A stretch of 64,000 bases of DNA, taken from positions 2,461,151 to 2,525,150 of the forward strand of contig CAJINV010000007.1 in NCBI GenBank assembly GCA_905178155.1, in the 5' to 3' direction. The position numbers were made by a program, and so were the translations under genes. The number at the start of each line of letters is the position of its first letter. Positions within the stretch are counted from its first letter, which is position 1. Shown one piece after another: positions 59,801 through 64,000 of this stretch. The DNA is from Amoebophrya sp. A120 (Eukaryota; Protista; Dinoflagellata). The notes below the pieces were generated by a model. It made no database searches, was not told where the DNA came from, and worked only from the letters and a program-made list of their open reading frames with translations.

Positions 59801-62069
59801 TAGCCCAGCTAGTAGAAAACGTTCAGCAGCCGGCGAAGGTGGCCCCCTGCGGATTGCCGGGGAAAGCCCGGGATTATGGAGGAGGCCCCGGGAATCATGG
59901 AGGAGGCCCGCGTGGGGCTGCGCGAAGACACCCGCAACGGGAGGGCCGAAATTCCGCATCACGAAGACATGACGCGGGAATGCGCCGCGTTTGGCGCGGA
60001 TGTGTTGGAGGGATTGAGAAAATGCATTGGCTTGATTTAGTGTTTTGCTAGTTTCGAAGAAAAAGGGGAAGCGTTCCGCTTCCAAGATTTTGGCTACCGG
60101 CGGCCACAAACCTGGCCCGCAAACGACTGGACTGTGGGCCTGGGGCCAGAAATTGTAATATGCCGACTCAGCCCGTGTTTCGGCTCATTACAATTTCTGG
60201 CCCCAGGTCCGCAGTCCAGGCGATATTTGGCTGGGGCCAGAAATTGTGTAAAGTCCCCAATTGTGGCTTCCTCGGCAGCAGCAATAGCTCCTGCTAGCTG
60301 CTCGAAAGCAAGGGCTTTTTCCGGCTATTCGTGGCCCGCGATCGCGTCGTGCTGATCCGGGCCTGAGCTACAATGCTGGGCCTGAGGTAACCAGGTGGAG
60401 CAGCGCGCTGCTCTACAATGCTGGAGACGGGAGAAGGGTTGGCTGGTGTTCTTCAAGAGGATGGTCGCGCGTCACCGGGCTTCCCCCGGCACTCGCCAAT
60501 CGGTCGCGCTCGCCTGGTGCCGAATGGTTTCTACGACCTGGACTACGCGGGCCGGGAGTGCAAATTTTTGAAAATTGGGCTGGGGGCAATTTTTTCGGGT
60601 CGTAGGTCGAGCTTTACCAAGTCCGGTGGGACCGCTAAGAAAGAGAAAACCCGCTGCAGTAAGCCGCAGACGCCGCAGTGGGACAGTCGGATGCTGTTGA
60701 TAAACTCCGCACGGAGGACACTGGACAGAGAGAAGGGCTCGGACAAAAACCACCCGACCTTGTCGCTGCAGATCGTGTTGCGCTTCAGAAACGTGGTCAA
60801 GGAGAGCGGGAAGTCCTGCACCACATTGGTGGCGACCAGGAAAGCGAGGCCGATGCCTGGGTCTTTGTTGAAAAACAGAATTCCAAGTTGGGCCAGTTCG
60901 GAACGAAATTTGTTCGTTGTCAACGCTGGTTTTCTCGGAACGAAAAACGGCTCGTAACGGGTGATATTGCTAGTTGCGGACGAGGATGAGTGATCTGCGT
61001 GTTCTTTGCGCTGCCGTCCTCTACTTGCGACCTGCTTCCGTTGATGTGGGAGATCTACTAGTTCCTCGTCTCCTATGTCATCAGTTTCATCGCTTTCATC
61101 TACTTGTGATTCATCTGCAACTTGTTCTCCAGCTGCGTTATTCGGGTACTGCGACGCGCGTCCGTGGATGACTAGCTGCGATTTATTGTTGCCTGTATTA
61201 TTTCGAGGATGTCCACCAGTTGTTGTAGTAGGCGAAACTGTTGCAGCATCCTGGAAGGCTGCGGCGGCACCGCGAGTTGCTGCTGATGTTGATGAACCGC
61301 GGCCGCGAGTTAGCTCCAACTCGTCGACAATGTCCTCGGGAAGATCTAGTAGAGCTGACGCACTGTTTGCTGTATTTGCTCCGCTGCTCGTGGTTCCAGC
61401 ACCGCCACCACTATCAGTGGTCAACGACAACAAGTTGGCGGCTTTCACGATCGCGTCGAGCAACAACCGTCGGAGCTGAGAATCGCCATCGGCCAGCGTC
61501 AACACGGTTTCTCCTTGGTTGGTTTGGGCGCGGAGAAGGGCGTTCAGCGTTTCTGCGTCCAGTTGCGCGGCGCCCTGTTCCAGCAACTCCTTCGTGACGC
61601 TGAGGCGCGAAACGGCACACGCGACGTGCAGCGCCGTCCAGCCAAAACGGTCTTTGGCGGTTAGGAGGGATGTTGATTGTGATTGTCCTGTCGTGTGGAC
61701 TTGGCTGCTGTTCGAAATTGTACAATTTGCTCCTGTTCTAGTTGAAGAGCACACCAGTAAATCCCGCACCGTCTGGACGCTTCCACAGCGACACACGACA
61801 TGCAGTGCAGTCGTCCCGTTCCAGTCTGTCACCATTGGATCCGCCCTCAGACACAGCAACCAACGGACCATGACGAAATTTTGCCCGGCCGCGAAGTGGA
61901 AGAGCTGCCGCTCCAACGTATTTTCCAAGTGGCGCAGCGTGTCGGGGAAGACATTGCCGGCCGGCGCGATCGTGGTCAAATCCAGTTCTCGGGTAATCTC
62001 GCATTCCCCGTAACACGAGGCAGTGCTGCCCTCCGGCTGGCACAGAGAGGTGATCAACGTGTTGCCCAT
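56839..62069 (-). CDS. Ankyrin repeat + Sec7-like + PH domain protein (ARF-GEF-like), 5 exons, all four introns introner-type
   Basis: ANK: DWNGTTALHVVC, DRFGWTALHVAC. Sec7: FFNKDPGIGLAFL, LAVPPDLVKLD|RIL, YGLLTSCVLLHCNLHS, FLHQLYDLIAAEPI. PH: CFAYLSCGLLFL...LELTFRSEEVRDQWAKKV. Confidence 0.85.
57039..57345. mobile_element. TIR introner, 307 bp, ~55-bp TIR, TSD GTAGA
   Basis: tatgga.g.gtcag..ttgaaatcg.ca.agttgaaataatttgc.atgcataaaa at both ends. gtaga at 57034-57038 and 57346-57350. Join DLAIY|LENQ. Confidence 0.92.
57393..57627. mobile_element. TIR introner family A (opposite orientation to 5648), 235 bp, TSD TTCGA
   Basis: ttcga at 57388-57392 and 57628-57632; join THPVE|SDEY. Confidence 0.94.
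57719..57894. mobile_element. Degenerate TIR introner family E (~181-bp intron)
   Basis: Ends resemble 25620-25818; flanks tcata/tcaca. Removing 181 bp gives NLRY(V/M)NSGTG in frame; exact ends uncertain. Confidence 0.65.
59742..60604. mobile_element. Long TIR introner, 863 bp, TSD GGTCG
   Basis: ~50-bp TIR tacga..c.gaaaaa.tt.ccccagccca.tttcaaaaatttgca.tccc. ggtcg at 59737-59741 and 60605-60609. Removing 868 bp restores the Sec7 KLDRIL motif. Confidence 0.93.
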
Positions 62070-62965
62070 AATTTTGATGTTGGTAAGATTTTTGTTTTTC
62101 TACTCTGGTGAAAAAGCGATAGTGATACCGAAGCGCCTCACAAAAGTCTGCATCAGGTCCCCCCTCTGCGTTGTATCTTTTACGACGGAAGCTGCTGCTG
62201 TGTGCGCCCTTTTTGGCGGGTTGCAAATGGGATGGAAAGTGAAACAAGAACCGATCTCGTAGCGCTAGCACGTTCTTTCGAGGCCGGGACTACAACAACG
62301 AGATGAAGTAAACGAGATAACGACTGTACCTACAAGAACGACATCCACATCAGACAATCGAACCATAAAATACACGATTTAATATTGGAGACGCGGCGAA
62401 GGCGGTTGCGATTGCGAAATGGAACCACTTCTGTGCTGTCGTGAGAACAAATCCCTCAACACATCGACGAAGACAGCGCATCCAAAAACGATCGAATCAC
62501 GATCAACTTTCGTTCAAAACGACCATAACAAGTGACGATTTTCCGTGTCGAAAGGGACCACGATGACGATGCAGTACAGATAAAAGTTTATCCGACGTCG
62601 CAAAATAGCAGCACTGTTTCAAGAAAAAACTGCAGTGGCAAGAAGTGCAATATTAAAGGCATACGCAATACGAGTACAAACTACTCCTTGCCCAGGAATT
62701 CTGTCGAAACTTGCTTCTAGCGACAGCATTGCTCGCATAGCCGGGATCAAACCAAGAGTGCTGTGTATCCAGGACGCTTTCGACAGGATGCGATGGAGGT
62801 GATGTTGCCCTTTTTAGAAAACCGCGTACGAGTTGTACATTTTTCGATTTCTAGCCGACGTTCGAGCGTCCGCATTTTATTCATGGTCGTCATATGGTCG
62901 TATTACGAAACATCGTGATAAAGAAAATAAAACAAGAACAACGCTGCGTTTCGTTTCGGTAGCTG

Positions 62966-63538
62966 CTATCTTGTCATGCCTTGCTGTCGTGGCACTCCCA
63001 ACGCCAGCTCTACTTCCGTTCGCGCGATTTGCTGGCCGTAATTATAATTCGGCCGCTGTAGCGTTCTGTCTATTTCTCCGCGGTTGTCGACGTCGATTAT
63101 TGTCAACATTTTCGTCCGCTTCCGCACACAACATTTACAACCACCGACAGGCTGATTTTGCTTTCCGACGGTGGCAATACGGAAGCAGCAACAAACGGGG
63201 TGCGTGAACAATGTAAAAGAAAAAACGTCCCTGTCATCGTCGAAGATGTCCCTCTTGGGCACGCCTCGCTCCTTCCAAAACGGGCAGCAGGTAGAGACTT
63301 CTACAGTGTCACTCGAGAACAACGGGACCCCGCCCTTGTCCTGCGCGACCAAACCCCCCGGATCGGTGGGTCTCTCGACAGAAAACCGCTTCCCACACGG
63401 ATTCACCGCGCACGCGTAGCGGATGGTGCAACATACCGGGTTGGGAATTTCACAGTGGGCAACGTTCTTCAGGTCGTGGCCACCGAAAGCGTGGTAGATA
63501 CGGTGTGCGTCGGCACGCGAGAAAGGAGCAGGAGGCAT
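62966..63538 (-). CDS. Cys-rich hypothetical protein
   Basis: ORF 62966..63655 with GC3-rich core from MPPAPF; no recognised family; 3' part may be intronic. Confidence 0.4.
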   Translation of the reverse strand: MPPAPFSRADAHRIYHAFGGHDLKNVAHCEIPNPVCCTIRYACAVNPCGKRFSVERPTDPGGLVAQDKGGVPLFSSDTVEVSTCCPFWKERGVPKRDIFDDDRDVFSFTLFTHPVCCCFRIATVGKQNQPVGGCKCCVRKRTKMLTIIDVDNRGEIDRTLQRPNYNYGQQIARTEVELALGVPRQQGMTR

Positions 63539-64000
63539 AGTATTTCTATGGTTGCCATTGGAAGCGTGTGAGTAATCTTGTCTAGGACTTGATGCGCATG
63601 GAGATGGATGTGTACTTCGAACAACAATTAGAATAGCATCTATTTTATAGACCACCGGGAAGATTCACCTTAAAAATCAACTCAACAAGGAAAAATCACT
63701 CTCAACTACGAAGCCACAAGAATCGTCCTCTCGGAGCAGGTGGATGTGAGGACAATTATTCAAGGGCATCAAGGGGGAGAAGTGAAAAAAAAAATCACAG
63801 CATGGTTCTTGTCCCCGGCGATACGAAATCATAATTTTTTGGACATTTGAAAAACGCCTCAGGCTCAGCCACAAAGAAAAAAAACACGCATCAAAAATTG
63901 TCCCTGCTTCAAGCGGCTCTTGTAGTGGTATCAACGTCGGGGCTCACCTCCGCACACGATGGCTTATCGAGCGTATTTTTCCCATTTTTATTGCCGTAAA

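Noticed and set aside
59742-60109. N-terminal ~120 aa of ORF 57836..60109 as protein or transposase
   Set aside because: Lies within the TIR element; no DDE motif; the Sec7 motif is restored only by removing it.
1-64000. Dinoflagellate spliced-leader relics, tRNA or rRNA genes
   Set aside because: No convincing match found by eye; only short ttttggctc strings.

Overview
Eukaryotic genomic DNA, most consistent with the parasitic dinoflagellate Amoebophrya (Syndiniales); this is inferred, not database-confirmed. About 15 protein-coding genes, all on the minus strand, include exportin-1/CRM1, a mitochondrial phosphate carrier, an SPX-SLC13/TrkA-C transporter, an ERGIC-53-like lectin, an ankyrin-Sec7-PH protein, an RWD protein, a BspA/DUF285 protein, a PDZ protein and a putative organellar ssDNA-binding protein. 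The dominant feature is about 21 introns that are MITE-like elements (introners). Each is 109-863 bp, has terminal inverted repeats (TIRs) mostly ending 5'-TAT...ATA-3', and is flanked by a 5-bp target-site duplication (TSD; one has 8 bp). They lack GT-AG boundaries, yet removing the element plus one TSD copy restores the reading frame and conserved motifs. Copies of the same family sit in both orientations relative to transcription. Unrelated families share a multi-copy internal motif GCATNACA(A/G)A. A local exon duplicate gives an empty-site control. Ordinary GT-AG introns coexist in the same genes. All gene models were read by hand and need RNA evidence.
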